Below are positions 62,500-64,000 of a DNA stretch of 64,000 nucleotides, piece after piece. Within the stretch, counting starts at the first letter, position 1. Each line of letters begins with the position of its first letter. Origin of the DNA: Blepharisma stoltei ATCC 30299 (Eukaryota; Protista; Ciliophora); NCBI GenBank assembly GCA_965603825.1, contig CBFDEM010000010.1:496001-560000 (forward strand), read 5' to 3'. Below the pieces are notes generated by a model that was given only the letters and a program-made list of their open reading frames with translations, was not told where the DNA came from and ran no database searches. The position numbers and the translations under genes are program-made.

Positions 62500-64000
62500 T
62501 TATTTGTCTAATTTTAAGCGATTTTCTAAATTAGTGCGTTTTTTTGAAAGGAAAGGAAAACTTTCATCGCCAAAGTATTTCTTTGAAATTGGAGATATAT
62601 CAGGTGTTACTGATTTATATGTGTCTATTTCACCTTTTTGCGGTAAAGAAATTGTCCGTTTCGGAGTAATTGTAGGGGTTTTAGAATACTCAAAAATTGA
62701 GAACGATTGGTCAGCAGTTTCTTCGGTTTCTCGAGGAGAATCCCTGCCAAAAGAATTTTCTGAAAATTTTTCTTTGAAAATTCCTTTTAATTTTTCTGAA
62801 TAAATATTATAGACTTCTCCCATTTTTCGCTTATTTTTGACCGTTTTTTTGATTCGATTAATTTCAGATTTAAAATCGAAATTTGATCGGGCATTCGGAT
62901 CTTTCGGGCATTTGTGGGGAGAATGTCCATTTTTCTTGCAATTTGAGCAAAAAAGGGATCTTTCAGGGTTTTCTTCTTCATTGTCGCTGTCGATTAAATT
63001 TTGATTTTCGTGCTTGCTTCTTTGGCATCCTGAGCTTTCTTTATTTGTATTTCCACAGCACCAATACATTTGGCCATTTCATATATTGCCATGTGTAGAA
63101 CAAGACCAATTATAATTATTTTTCTCGAAATAAGGTTTTCTGCATTTTTTGCATAGTTTTTCTTCTGTTTCTCTCACAGCTTTATGCTTAGCTTTCAGTG
63201 CCTTGAGCCTTTCTTTCATTTTTTCATATTCCATATTAAAATCATTGAATTCTTTTTCTTTCTTTGAAAACTCTTGCTCACTGTCTTTCGTCCTCGCAAT
63301 TTCTCGTTTGAGCTGATTTTTTTTGTTATTAAAATAATCTGTGATCACAAATCTAAGTTTTTTCACCTCCTCTTTAATATTTTGTCTACTAGAAATATTG
63401 TCATAGTTAGAAATGACTAATTTGAAATTTTGCCACATACACTTGCCTGCCTCATAACTTTCTGTTTGCTCTATTTTATTTAGATTTTCATTTAAATTTT
63501 TCCATGAAGACAGTGAGGCTGATAAAATATCCTCGAATTGAGAAGACGATAATAAAGATGTGCAGGATTCAAAAAATCCTTTTAGTCTTTCTCCCATAAT
63601 ATCACTTCGCATTCTATATAGATCATTTCAATGAAGCAGGGTTTTTGATTTTTCTTTTAATTCCATATTGAAATTCTTTTCTTTGTAGTAAGAATTTTCC
63701 AATTCGATTTTTTCTGTTTGACTTTTTTCATACATAGATTTTGATTCCAGCAGATCTTGCCTTGTCCCAGTTATGCCTAAAACTACAAATTTATTTCTTT
63801 TATCTGTCTCTTTAAGCATATATCTTATGCTATTCAAATTTGTTTTATCCCTCAGCAGCTTTTCTTTTAATGCATTAAGCTCAATTTCGACTGTATTTTT
63901 CTCAGTCACCACTTTTTCATAATTGTTTTTAATTTTTTCTAAACCAACAAGCTCTTTGCTTAAAATTTCTTTCAGTAAATCACTTAATTTTTCTAATGGC
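62500..64000 (-). CDS. Coiled-coil protein with Cys/His zinc-binding region and CCHC knuckle; 5' end outside window
   Basis: Track ORFs join in frame via TGA=W; CKKC...WSCSTH...YWCCG...GC...H; CSNCKKNGHSPHKC. Confidence 0.8.

Noticed and set aside
121-63098. Many short antisense ORFs in the supplied track (e.g. 121-438, 1726-2148, 6160-6480, 44057-44263, 62504-62803)
   Set aside because: They are shadows of real genes on the opposite strand and often rely on alternative starts.
1-64000. CRISPR arrays, rRNA or tRNA genes
   Set aside because: No repeat-spacer periodicity or recognisable structural RNA seen by eye; a covariance-model scan would be needed to exclude tRNAs.

Overview
AT-rich eukaryotic nuclear DNA, most likely from a heterotrich ciliate of the Blepharisma type. 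TGA repeatedly sits at conserved Trp positions, TAA/TAG act as stops, and genes carry 15-16 nt GT-AG introns, so the supplied ORF track breaks most genes into pieces. Positions 1-20 kb are fairly ordinary: CK1, a coiled-coil/IQ protein, an organellar family-A DNA polymerase, R2R3-Myb, CDPK-like pseudokinases, a C2H2 zinc finger and two EGF-TM-RING-H2 ligases. Positions 20-62 kb are a rearranged, duplication-rich island built around a family of Zn(B-box-like)-coiled-coil-Kelch-like beta-propeller genes. In this family, near-identical paralogues differ mostly in about 12 short, regularly spaced patches (two per blade), which I infer are the top-face loops. The island also holds a transmembrane version of the family, a chimeric kinase carrying the family's N-terminal Zn module, divergent ARF GTPases head-to-head with propeller genes, a bacterial-type AAA-ATPase/PD-(D/E)XK nuclease gene between about 1.75 kb direct repeats, and a secreted plant-type LRR protein. 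My best hypothesis (inference) is a diversifying recognition/defence locus. Caveat: many frameshifts in the island could be consensus errors from collapsed paralogues. All alignments were done by eye.
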